A DNA stretch of 64,000 bases. It comes from an uncultured Desulfohalobiaceae bacterium (GTDB taxonomy: Bacteria; Desulfobacterota; Desulfovibrionia; Desulfovibrionales; CAZUBS01). Position 1 is the first letter of the stretch. Every line of letters begins with the position of its first letter. The DNA lies in assembly GCA_964594925.1 (NCBI GenBank), contig CAZQOG010000002.1, forward strand, positions 389-64,388, given 5' to 3'. Below the pieces are notes generated by a model. The model was not told the origin of the DNA. It saw nothing but the letters and a program-made list of their open reading frames with translations, and did not search any database. Position numbers and translations under genes: made by a program. Below, one piece after another: positions 24,465 through 32,683 of the stretch.

Positions 24465-26089
24465 GCCCCACGCCAGAGCTCATTCTCTGCAATGCAAAGG
24501 TGCGGACCCAGGACCCCGGACAGCCGTCTGCCCAGGCCCTGGCCATAGCCGGCGGCCGCATCACCGCCGTGGGGGACGATGGGACGATCCTGGGGCTCGC
24601 CGGCAGGGGGACGCGTCGCCTCGATCTGGAGGGGCGTCTGGTCCTGCCCGGCTTCATGGACTCCCACTTTCATTTCTACGACTGGAGCCTCTACCAGGAC
24701 CTGGCCGGGGTGAGCAGCTTCCAGGGGCTGGAAACCGCCCTGGCCGGCGCTGCTGCCCGGGAGGTGCCGGGGAGCTGGGTCCTGGGGCAGGGCTTCAACG
24801 AGACCGACTGGCCCGACGGACGCATCCCCGAGCGGGAGGATCTGGACCGGGTCACAGGGGACGTCCCCACCGTGATCTGGCGCTGCGACCTGCACCTGGC
24901 AGTGGCCAACACGGCCGCACTTGTCCGGGCGGGCATTGACGGGGCGGCCATCCCCGATCCCCCGGGAGGGGTCATCGCCCGGGACCGGACGGGCCGCCCC
25001 ACAGGGGTCCTCAGGGAGACGGCCATCAACCTGGTCAAGGACTGCATTCCGCAGGTCAGCGACGGGGAGCGGCTGCGGGCCATGGAGCAGGCCCAGGAGC
25101 GGCTGCATGCCTGCGGCATCACCGCGCTGCACGACCTGCGGCTCAAGGGGGAGCGGGACGCACCCAGGGCCATGCGGCTCTTCCAGCGCCTGGACCGCGA
25201 GGGGAGGCTGGCTATGCGCACCTGGGTCAGCCTGCCCGGGGAGCGCCTGGACGAGGCCGTGGCCCTTGGCCTGGCCGCAGGATTCGGCAGCGAAAGGCTG
25301 CGGCTGGGGCACGTCAAGTACTTTGCCGACGGGGGCATGGGGGCACGCACGGCCAGCGTGCTTGAGCCCTACCTGGACGCGGGGTGCGGCCTGAGCCAGA
25401 TGGGGGTCGGGGAGAGTGCGGCGGTTTTGCGCACAGCCGAGCAGGCCGGTCTGGCGGTCATGATCCACGCTGTGGGCGACCGTGCCGTTTCCGAGGTCAT
25501 CAGCGCCTTTGAGGCGCTCGAAGAGTGGCGGTCCTCACCCGAGGCACGGGACGTGCCCCGCCCGCCCCTGATGCACCGCATCGACCACTTGCAGATGGTC
25601 AGACCAAAGGACCTGGCGCGCCTGGCCCGCCTGAAGGTCGCCGTGGGCATGCAGCCCAGCAACATGGTCCTGGACTTCAACCTCATCGACCGCTGCCTGG
25701 GCGACAAGGGCAGGTACGCCTACACCTTTCGCAGCGTGCTCGAATCGGGCATACCCACCCTGTTCAACTCGGACTGCCCGGTCAGCGACCCCAGGCCGCT
25801 CATGGGCATCCACGCCCTGGTGACCCGGCAGCGCCCGGACTCCACCCCTGAAGGGGGTTGGTACCCTAAGCAGCGCATCAGCGTGGACCAGGCCGTGGCC
25901 GGGTACACCAGCACCCCCGCCCTGGCCTATGGGGCAACGCAGCAGGGCAGGATAGGGCGGGGGATGCTGGCGGACCTGGCCGTGCTGGACAGAAATATCT
26001 TCGCCATAGAGCCCCATGAGATCCAGGCCGCCCGGGTGGACCTGACCCTGTTCAACGGCCGGATCGTGTACGAGCGACCCGGAGCCTGA
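24461..26089 (+). CDS. amidohydrolase-3 (YtcJ-like) metal-dependent hydrolase
   Basis: 542-aa ORF. GTG start overlaps the upstream stop (GTGA). VLPGFMDSHFHF metal-binding start motif, HAVGDRA, and C-terminal GSLEPGKxAD-like GMLADLAVLD. Confidence 0.8.
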   Translation: MSPTPELILCNAKVRTQDPGQPSAQALAIAGGRITAVGDDGTILGLAGRGTRRLDLEGRLVLPGFMDSHFHFYDWSLYQDLAGVSSFQGLETALAGAAAREVPGSWVLGQGFNETDWPDGRIPEREDLDRVTGDVPTVIWRCDLHLAVANTAALVRAGIDGAAIPDPPGGVIARDRTGRPTGVLRETAINLVKDCIPQVSDGERLRAMEQAQERLHACGITALHDLRLKGERDAPRAMRLFQRLDREGRLAMRTWVSLPGERLDEAVALGLAAGFGSERLRLGHVKYFADGGMGARTASVLEPYLDAGCGLSQMGVGESAAVLRTAEQAGLAVMIHAVGDRAVSEVISAFEALEEWRSSPEARDVPRPPLMHRIDHLQMVRPKDLARLARLKVAVGMQPSNMVLDFNLIDRCLGDKGRYAYTFRSVLESGIPTLFNSDCPVSDPRPLMGIHALVTRQRPDSTPEGGWYPKQRISVDQAVAGYTSTPALAYGATQQGRIGRGMLADLAVLDRNIFAIEPHEIQAARVDLTLFNGRIVYERPGA

Positions 26090-26119
26090 AGGCCCCGGCA
26101 GAACCACGAGGTGTCCGTC

Positions 26120-27217
26120 ATGACCTTTTCCCTGCCCGCCTACCTCCCCCCCGTCTTTGATGCCGAGCCCCTGCGCAGTGCGCCCACGGCTGTGTTTAAG
26201 CCGGCCCCTGCAGACGGTGTGGCCCCGGACAACTACCACGGCACGTCCATCTTCCCCGAGTATGTCCACCTGCAGCCGGGCCGCTGGGAGCTGATCCGCA
26301 ACTCGCGCATGGACTGCGTCGTGGTGCTGCGGCCGGGGGGCGCTGTGGAGACGGTTGAGTTCAGGAGGCTGCAGAAGGGCGACCAGGTGGCCGTGGGCCG
26401 CACCGAAAGCGGTCAGGACGGAATCCTGGTTCACGACACCGGGTTTGCGGCCCAGGCAGGGGAGGTGGAGAAGTTCGCCTTCCGGACCCGCATCACCCGC
26501 GAGTCCTCATTCTCCATCGACTACGACACCATGTACGATTTGCTGCGCTTCGAGCGGGACAAGGGGCACATCGTCTGGGTGGCGGGGCCGGCCGTGGTCT
26601 TTGACTCTGACGCGCGCAAGGCCTTTGTCCGGCTCATCGAGCAGGGGTTCGTGCACGGCCTGCTGGCGGGCAACGCCCTGGCCGCCCACGACATCGAAGC
26701 GGCCATGTTCCAGACCGCTCTGGGCCAGGGCATCTACCACAAGGTCCCGGCCCGGTTGGGACACTACCACCACCTGGACGCCATCAATGCGGTGCGCCGG
26801 GCCGGCTCCATCCGGGGAGCCGTGGAGCAGGGGCTGATACCGGACGGGGTCATGCGCGCCCTGGAAGAAAAAGGCGTCCCCTCTGTGCTGGCCGGGTCCA
26901 TCCGGGACGACGGCCCCCTGCCGGACGTGATCGGCGATGTGTACCAGGGGCAGGACGCCATGCGCCGGGTGGCCTCACGGGCCACGACCGTCATCACCCT
27001 GGCCACCCAGCTCCACTCCATTGCCACCGGCAACATGACGCCCTCCTACCAGGTCGACGCCGCGGGCCGGGTCAGGCCGGTCTACTTCTTCTGCGTGGAC
27101 ATCTCCGAGTTTGCCGCGGACAAGCTGGCCAACCGCGGCTCCCTGACCGTGCACGCCATCTTGACCAATGTGCAGGATTTCATAGTTACCTGCGCGAGAA
27201 ACCTGACAAACGGCTGA
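26120..27217 (+). CDS. conserved protein with a TIGR00300 (LOR/SDH-associated, archaeal ornithine-cyclodeaminase-like) C-terminal domain; function uncertain
   Basis: ORF track 26111..27217 (GTG); ATG 26120 is likelier. The C-terminal two thirds (LLAGNALAAHDIE...GHYHHLDAINAVRRAGSI...LAGSIRDDGPLPDVI) match my recollection of TIGR00300 proteins. The N-terminal roughly 130 aa do not look like the usual LOR/SDH N-domain. Confidence 0.5.
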   Translation: MTFSLPAYLPPVFDAEPLRSAPTAVFKPAPADGVAPDNYHGTSIFPEYVHLQPGRWELIRNSRMDCVVVLRPGGAVETVEFRRLQKGDQVAVGRTESGQDGILVHDTGFAAQAGEVEKFAFRTRITRESSFSIDYDTMYDLLRFERDKGHIVWVAGPAVVFDSDARKAFVRLIEQGFVHGLLAGNALAAHDIEAAMFQTALGQGIYHKVPARLGHYHHLDAINAVRRAGSIRGAVEQGLIPDGVMRALEEKGVPSVLAGSIRDDGPLPDVIGDVYQGQDAMRRVASRATTVITLATQLHSIATGNMTPSYQVDAAGRVRPVYFFCVDISEFAADKLANRGSLTVHAILTNVQDFIVTCARNLTNG

Positions 27218-27243
27218 GAATCGATTCTCAGCCGTTTGTCAGG
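27202..27243. terminator. 42-bp perfect palindrome overlapping the stop codon (hairpin/terminator candidate)
   Basis: cctgacaaacggctgagaatc|gattctcagccgtttgtcagg has 21+21 nt with no mismatch and centre ATCGAT. The TGA of the upstream gene (27215-27217) lies in the left arm. No U-tract. Confidence 0.5.
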
Positions 27244-27320
27244 AGGTATTGCGGGGCTTGGGAATTGACTCGGGGGGACCCTGATCACGCGTCCAGCGTG
27301 ATGGCGGTTTGTCGGGGGGG

Positions 27321-27416
27321 CTTTTCTTGCTTCGAGCTTTAAGCCTCGAGCCCTATTCTTCTTGCTTCGAGCTTCCAGCTTCCAGCTTCGAGCTTTATTC
27401 TTCTTGTTTCGAGCCA
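27321..27416. repeat. composite GAAG-family heptad region with a higher-order ttcttcttgYttcgagc repeat
   Basis: Read directly: ...ttcttgcttcgagcttt aagcctcgagccct attcttcttgcttcgagcttccagcttccagcttcgagcttt attcttcttgtttcgagcc. Confidence 0.85.
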
Positions 27417-27443
27417 GAGGCGCAGCCGATTCTATTCTTTTTT

Positions 27444-27478
27444 CATCCTTCCGCCCTCATCCTTCATCCTTTTCTTCC
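27444..27478. repeat. CATCCTT heptad array (reverse complement of the AAGGATG family)
   Basis: catcctt ccgccct catcctt catcctt ttcttcc. Overlaps the last codons and stop of the MerR-like gene (…EEKDEG*). Confidence 0.85.
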
Positions 27479-27780
27479 CGCAGCCTCTCCCTGATCTCGG
27501 TCAGCTCGCGCTCCACCAGGGTCAGGATTTCGCCGTACTCCTGCTTCTGGTCCAGGAGGCGGCGGGCCCCTTCGATGGTCATGCCGCGCTCGTGCAGCAG
27601 GTGCTTGATGCGCCTGAGCAGGAGCATGTCGGCCTCGGAGTAGAGGCGCTGGCCTCGGAAGGTGCGCTCGGGCCTGAGCTGGTGGAACTCGCTTTCCCAG
27701 AAGCGAAGCACATAGGGCTCCAGGCCGAGCTGCTCCGCGGCCTCCCCTATCTTGTGCTTCTTGCCGGGCGATTTGCTCAC
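27457..27780 (-). CDS. MerR-family transcriptional regulator
   Basis: 107-aa ORF. HTH IGEAAEQLGLEPYVLRFWESEF and RTFRGQRLYSEADMLLLRRIKHLL are MerR-type. Sits directly downstream of pheT. Confidence 0.85.
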   Translation of the reverse strand: MSKSPGKKHKIGEAAEQLGLEPYVLRFWESEFHQLRPERTFRGQRLYSEADMLLLRRIKHLLHERGMTIEGARRLLDQKQEYGEILTLVERELTEIRERLREEKDEG

Positions 27781-27792
27781 GGCCTCCTCCGG

Positions 27793-30186
27793 TCAGGATC
27801 TCTGAACAGGCAGCGCCTTGGTGAGCCCCTCGGCCAGGGTGTTGTGCACCGTGTCCACTTCCTTGTCCTTGAGCGTGCGCTGCGGGTGACGGTAGGTCAT
27901 GCGCAGGGTCAGGTTGTGCACCCCGGGATCCTCGGGCTGGTAGACATCCACCAGGGTGAACTCCTCCAGCAAGGCCGGGCGCAGTGACGCAACGACCTCC
28001 ATCAGGGACTGCACCCGGACCTCCTTGGGCGTGGCCAGGGTGAGGTCGCGCCGCACCGGTGGAAACTTGGGAAGGGCCTGGAAACAGACCCTGGACCGGG
28101 AGGAGAGTTCCCGCAGACGGTCGAGGTCCAGCTCGGCCAGCCACAGGTCGTGGCGCGGGTTGAACTCCTCGGCGATCCCGGGCTTGATCCGACCCATGAA
28201 GCCGATGGAGCCGCCCTCCAGGGACAGGGACACCCCGGGATCCAGGAAGGGGTGGTCGTCCATGGCCTCGAATGTGGCCGCAGGCAGCGTGAAGGTTTCC
28301 AGGAGGTGCTCCACCAGGCCCTTGAGGTCGGAGTAGTCACTGATCTGGCCCGGCCAGGGCCACCTTCCGGGGTGACGCCGGCCATGCAGCAGGATGCCCA
28401 GCCTGGACTCTTCCCGGGCGGTGGTGTCCGAATCCGGGTCGGCAAAGAAAACGTGGGCCACCTCGAAGAGGCGCAGGTTGGTGTTGCCCTGCCCGGTGTT
28501 CTGCCGGACGTTGTGCAGCAGCCCCGGCGCAAGCACCGTGCGCAGGGTGTCCTGGTCGCTGCTCAGGGGGTTGCAGATGGTGATCCTGTTCCCCGCCGCC
28601 AGGTTCAGGGCATCGAGGTCGCTCGCCCCCACGAAGCTGTAGTTGATCGCTTCCAGCAGCCCCTGACCAACGGCCCAGGTCTTGACGTCCCGGATGAAGT
28701 CGAAGGGGTGGCGCTCCCCGGAGGGGGCCTCCAGGGGCTTGCTGACGCGCGGCAGGTGCGTGGGGATGCGGTCCACGCCGAAGACCCGGGCAGTCTCCTC
28801 GAACAGGTCGACCTCCCGCTCCAGGTCCAGGCGGTAGCTCGGCGGGGTCACTGCCCATTCGCCGTTGCCGGGGGACACCTCGCAGCCCAGGGAGGTCAGG
28901 GTTTCGCGGCAGAAGTCCTCGCTCAGCTCCATGCCCAGGAGCTGGTTGCCGCGCTCCGGTCGAAAGCGCAGCCTGGTGGGAGCCCACGGCCTGGGCTCGT
29001 TTGTGGCGATGCCGGGGCGCACCGTGCCGCTGGAAAGCCGGGCCATGAGTGCGGCGGCCCGGTCCAGGGCCCGGGTCGAGCCGGGCTGGTCAACCCCACG
29101 CTCGAAGCGGAAGGAGGCTTCGCTGGACAGGGCCAGGCGCCTGGCTGTCTTGCGCACGGTGCCGGGGTGGAACACGGCGCACTCCAGGAGCACCTCGCGG
29201 CTGTGGGGCTGGACTTCGCTGTTGGCCCCGCCCATGACCCCGGCCAGGGCCACGGGCTTTTCCCCGTCCCAGATGAGCAGGTCCGTGTCCTCGAGCACCC
29301 GTGTCTGCCCGTCCAGGGTGCGCAGGGTCTGCCCTTTTGCGGCCGGGCCGACCCGGATGGTGTCCCCGGCGATGAGGTCACGGTCGAAGGCGTGCAGGGG
29401 CTGCCCTGTTTCCAGCAGGACGTAGTTGGTCACGTCCACGATGTTGTTGATGGGCCGCATGCCCGAGGCAGTGAGCCGGTAACGCATCCAGGCCGGGCTC
29501 GGGCCCACGGTTATGTCGCTGATGAGCCTGGCCTGGTACAGGGGGCAGAGGTCCGGGTCGTCGATATGGATGGTGACCTGGGACGGGCATCCGGGTCCGG
29601 ACTCGTGCAGCGTAATCTCGGGGAGGCGCAGGGGGAGCTTGAAGGCGGTGGCCACCTCCCGGGCCAGGCCGGTGATGCTCAGGCAGTCGGAGCGGTTGGG
29701 GGTGACCCCGATGTCCAGGACCACGGTGTCCAGGTCAAGTGCCTCCACCAGGGGGGTGCCGGCGAGCGCGTCCTGCTCGAGCACCATGATGCCGCTTGCA
29801 TCCTCACCCAGTGCGAGCTCTTTCTCCGAGCAGATCATGCCCAGGGACGCCTGGCCGCGGATCTTGGTCTTCCGGATCACCCCGCCGGGGAGCTCGGTGC
29901 CGATGGTGGCCAGGGCCACGTTCTGTCCCGCGGCCGCATTGGGCGCACCGCAGACAATGGGCAGAGGCTCGTTGTTTCCAGGGTCGACCAGGCACAGGGA
30001 GAGACGGTCGGCCTGGGGGTGCGGGCCGCACTGCACCACCCGCCCGACCACCACCCCGGACAGGTGGGCAAAGGGATTTTTTATCTCCTCCACTTCCAGT
30101 CCGAGCATGGTCAGCCGGTCGGCCAGGGTGTCGATCGGGACCTCAAAGGGGGTGAACTCGCGGAGCCATTTGGTGCTGCAGAGCAT
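27793..30186 (-). CDS. pheT: phenylalanine--tRNA ligase beta subunit
   Basis: 797-aa ORF. MLCSTKWLREF..., tRNA-binding, B3/4 and B5 domain order, and position after pheS. Confidence 0.95.
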   Translation of the reverse strand: MLCSTKWLREFTPFEVPIDTLADRLTMLGLEVEEIKNPFAHLSGVVVGRVVQCGPHPQADRLSLCLVDPGNNEPLPIVCGAPNAAAGQNVALATIGTELPGGVIRKTKIRGQASLGMICSEKELALGEDASGIMVLEQDALAGTPLVEALDLDTVVLDIGVTPNRSDCLSITGLAREVATAFKLPLRLPEITLHESGPGCPSQVTIHIDDPDLCPLYQARLISDITVGPSPAWMRYRLTASGMRPINNIVDVTNYVLLETGQPLHAFDRDLIAGDTIRVGPAAKGQTLRTLDGQTRVLEDTDLLIWDGEKPVALAGVMGGANSEVQPHSREVLLECAVFHPGTVRKTARRLALSSEASFRFERGVDQPGSTRALDRAAALMARLSSGTVRPGIATNEPRPWAPTRLRFRPERGNQLLGMELSEDFCRETLTSLGCEVSPGNGEWAVTPPSYRLDLEREVDLFEETARVFGVDRIPTHLPRVSKPLEAPSGERHPFDFIRDVKTWAVGQGLLEAINYSFVGASDLDALNLAAGNRITICNPLSSDQDTLRTVLAPGLLHNVRQNTGQGNTNLRLFEVAHVFFADPDSDTTAREESRLGILLHGRRHPGRWPWPGQISDYSDLKGLVEHLLETFTLPAATFEAMDDHPFLDPGVSLSLEGGSIGFMGRIKPGIAEEFNPRHDLWLAELDLDRLRELSSRSRVCFQALPKFPPVRRDLTLATPKEVRVQSLMEVVASLRPALLEEFTLVDVYQPEDPGVHNLTLRMTYRHPQRTLKDKEVDTVHNTLAEGLTKALPVQRS

Positions 30187-30294
30187 GGGTCTAACGTTCC
30201 TTACGTTGATCTGGAATGTACTGCGGACATGGCGTGGGCCAGGTGCGGCCTTTCTTGCAGCAAGGCGGCCGGCACGAAAACCAGGACCATCGGA

Positions 30295-31350
30295 TCAGGC
30301 GAACTGACGCAGAAAGCGGATGTCGTTTTCAAAAAACATCCGCAGATCGCCGATGCCGTATTTGAGCATGGCCACGCGCTCAACGCCCAGGCCGAATGCA
30401 AAGCCGGTGTACTGCTCGGGGTCGTAGCCCACAGCCTGGAACACGGCCGGGTCGATCATGCCGCAGCCCAGGATCTCCACCCAACCGGTCTCCTTGCAGA
30501 CCCGGCAGACCTGCCCCTGGCAGGAACCCTCTCCAGCGCACATCACGCAGCTGATATCCACCTCGGCGCTGGGCTCGGTGAAGGGGAAGAAGCTGGGGCG
30601 GAAGCGCACCTTTGTCTCGGGGGTGAAAATCTGCTGCACGAACGAGGTCAGGGTTCCGCGCAGATCAGCCATGCTCACCCGTTCGTCGACCAGAAAGCCT
30701 TCGATCTGGTGGAACATCGGGGTGTGGGTCAGGTCGGCATCCCTGCGGTAGACCTTGCCGGGGGCGATGGCTGCCAGGGGCGGCTTGCGCTCGAGCATGG
30801 TCCTGATCTGAAGGGGGGAGGTGTGGGTCCGAAGGACGATGGAGTCGTCAACGTACAGGGTGTCCTGCATATCCCTGGCCGGGTGGTCCCGGGGGATGTT
30901 CAGGGCCTCGAAGTTGTAGAAGTCGTTCTCCACCTCGGGGCCGGTGACGATGTCGAACCCCAGCCCGGTGAAGACGTCGCATATCTCCCGGGTGACCAGG
31001 GTCACCGGGTGCAGGCCGCCAAGCCAGGGGAGCCGCCCGGGAAGCGTGGGGTCGAAATGGGAGCGCCCGGTGCTCCGCTCCCGGCGTTCCAGCTCTCGTC
31101 GCTTGGCTTCGAGCAGCTCCTGCAGACGCTCTTTGACCTCATTGGCCGTGCGTCCGGCCTGGGGGCGTTCCTCCGGGGGCAGCCCGGGCAAGGCGGCAAG
31201 AACCCCGGCCAGCTCGCCCTTGCGCCCCAGGAAGCGGACCCGCTGCTCCTCCACCTCGGCCGGAGACGCGGCTTCGGACAGAGCGGACTCGAAGGCGGGA
31301 ACGAGGGACTGGAGCCGTTCGACGACTTCCCGGCCGGAACCGGACATCAA
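30295..31350 (-). CDS. pheS: phenylalanine--tRNA ligase alpha subunit
   Basis: 351-aa ORF with class-II aaRS motifs (…[16 protein letters not shown]…, [14 protein letters not shown]). Confidence 0.95.
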   Translation of the reverse strand: MMSGSGREVVERLQSLVPAFESALSEAASPAEVEEQRVRFLGRKGELAGVLAALPGLPPEERPQAGRTANEVKERLQELLEAKRRELERRERSTGRSHFDPTLPGRLPWLGGLHPVTLVTREICDVFTGLGFDIVTGPEVENDFYNFEALNIPRDHPARDMQDTLYVDDSIVLRTHTSPLQIRTMLERKPPLAAIAPGKVYRRDADLTHTPMFHQIEGFLVDERVSMADLRGTLTSFVQQIFTPETKVRFRPSFFPFTEPSAEVDISCVMCAGEGSCQGQVCRVCKETGWVEILGCGMIDPAVFQAVGYDPEQYTGFAFGLGVERVAMLKYGIGDLRMFFENDIRFLRQFA

Positions 31351-31700
31351 TGCACCCGGGACTTGGCCAACTCCGTCAGCTTGGCGAAACCGGCCTTGTC
31401 ATTCACGGCCAGGTCGGCCAGGACCTTTCGGTTCAGCTCCACCCCGGAAGTCTGCAGCCCGTTGATGAAGCGGCTGTAAGACATGCCGTGCTCACGTGCC
31501 GCGGCATTGATGCGCACGATCCACAGACGACGGAAGTCACGCTTGCGGGCCTTGCGGTCGCGGTAGGCGTAGCTCAGCGATTTCTCGACCGCCTCCCGGG
31601 CCGTGCGGAAGAGCTTGCTCCGCCCGCCACGGAAGCCTTTGGCCATCTTCAGGTATTTCTTGTGCCGCTGGTGGGCGGTCTTTCCTCTTTTGACACGCAT
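31347..31700 (-). CDS. rplT: 50S ribosomal protein L20
   Basis: 117-aa [41 protein letters not shown] overlap with pheS. Confidence 0.97.
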   Translation of the reverse strand: MRVKRGKTAHQRHKKYLKMAKGFRGGRSKLFRTAREAVEKSLSYAYRDRKARKRDFRRLWIVRINAAAREHGMSYSRFINGLQTSGVELNRKVLADLAVNDKAGFAKLTELAKSRVH

Positions 31701-31716
31701 GACACTCTCCTTAAAA

Positions 31717-31820
31717 AAGTTCGAAGTCAGAAGCTCGAAGTCGGAAGGACGATGGGTTGCCTCAGGCTTGCAAGGCCTTGTAACAGTGCCTTTCCTTCGA
31801 AATTCGAACTTCCGACTTCC
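31717..31820. repeat. inverted GAAG-heptad arrays between rpmI and rplT
   Basis: Arm 31717-31748: aagttcgaag tcagaag ctcgaag tcggaag g. Arm 31794-31820: ccttcgaaattcgaacttccgacttcc. On the mRNA (minus) strand the second arm is followed by CTTTTTT and then the AAGGAGA SD of rplT. A CGCGCG-agcag-CGCGCG hairpin sits at 31825-31841. Confidence 0.85.
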
Positions 31821-31841
31821 ACCTCGCGCGAGCAGCGCGCG

Positions 31842-32042
31842 TTATACGTGGTAGGGCATCAGCCGCCGGATGGCCTTCTCGTTGGCCGAGGCCACAGGGG
31901 CGTCCTGCCGCAGGTTGCGCTTCCGCTTGGGCGACTTCTTGGTCAGGATGTGCCGGTGGAAGGCCTTGCGGCGTCTGATCTTTCCGGAGCCGGTCACCTT
32001 GAATCGCTTGGCCGTGCTCCTGTTGGTCTTGATCTTGGGCAT
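31842..32042 (-). CDS. rpmI: 50S ribosomal protein L35
   Basis: 66 codons [37 protein letters not shown]..., embedded in the longer track ORF 31842..32333. Confidence 0.95.
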   Translation of the reverse strand: MPKIKTNRSTAKRFKVTGSGKIRRRKAFHRHILTKKSPKRKRNLRQDAPVASANEKAIRRLMPYHV

Positions 32043-32170
32043 ATCTGGTCCTCCTGGTCCCCCGGACAGGCTGTGCCCGGTCCGGGTCTCTCTGTCTGTA
32101 GTAAAACATACCAGCCGCCAACGCTGAAAAGCGCGGCGGCATCCCCCCTGGTCCAGGGCGGCGCCCGCTC

Positions 32171-32683
32171 CTATTTCGGCGAAACGACCATGCTCATGGT
32201 CCGGCCCTCGAACTTGGGGACCTGATCCACCTTGGCTATCTCCTCCAGCTCCTGGCGAACCCGGGTCAGGATCTCCATGCCCTTGTCCTTGTGCACGATC
32301 TCCCGTCCCCGGAAAAAAACAGTCACCTTGCAACGGTCGCCGCCTTCGAGAAACCGCCGGATATGCCTGACCTTGGTCTGAAAATCGTGCTCGTCGGTCT
32401 TGGGCCTGAACTTGACCTCCTTGAGCTGGATCTGGACCTGCTTCTTGCGGGCTTCCTGCTGCTTCTTCTTCTGCTGGTACTGGTACTTGCCGTAGTCCAT
32501 GATCCGACAGACCGGTGGCTCGGCCTTGGGGGCCACCTCCACGAGGTCCAGCCCCTGCTCCCCGGCCAAGGCCACGGCCTCCCGCGTCGGCATGATGCCG
32601 AGCTGGTCGCCGTCCTCGCCCACGACGCGGACCTGGCTTGCCCTGATCTGAAGGTTCCGACGGGCACTAGTAGGTGAAGCTAT
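32171..32683 (-). CDS. infC: translation initiation factor IF-3
   Basis: [19 protein letters not shown]...[15 protein letters not shown] is IF-3. The track starts at GTG 32698. I favour ATA 32683, which lies 7 nt after GGAGGAA (see finding). Confidence 0.9.
   Translation of the reverse strand: MASPTSARRNLQIRASQVRVVGEDGDQLGIMPTREAVALAGEQGLDLVEVAPKAEPPVCRIMDYGKYQYQQKKKQQEARKKQVQIQLKEVKFRPKTDEHDFQTKVRHIRRFLEGGDRCKVTVFFRGREIVHKDKGMEILTRVRQELEEIAKVDQVPKFEGRTMSMVVSPK

Noticed and set aside
27309-27494. Small ORFs encoding SSFELRASSFEL-, TDRTDRTDR- or GPIGPI-type peptides (also 22047..22256, 56907..57110, 43848..44087)
   Set aside because: These are translations of the heptad and nonamer tandem arrays. 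Their periodic peptides are a by-product of 7- or 9-nt periodicity, they occur in all frames and on both strands, and they lack SD sequences.
28150-31479. 1109-aa plus-strand ORF
   Set aside because: It is antisense to pheT and pheS, which are unambiguous. It has the same shadow-ORF composition.
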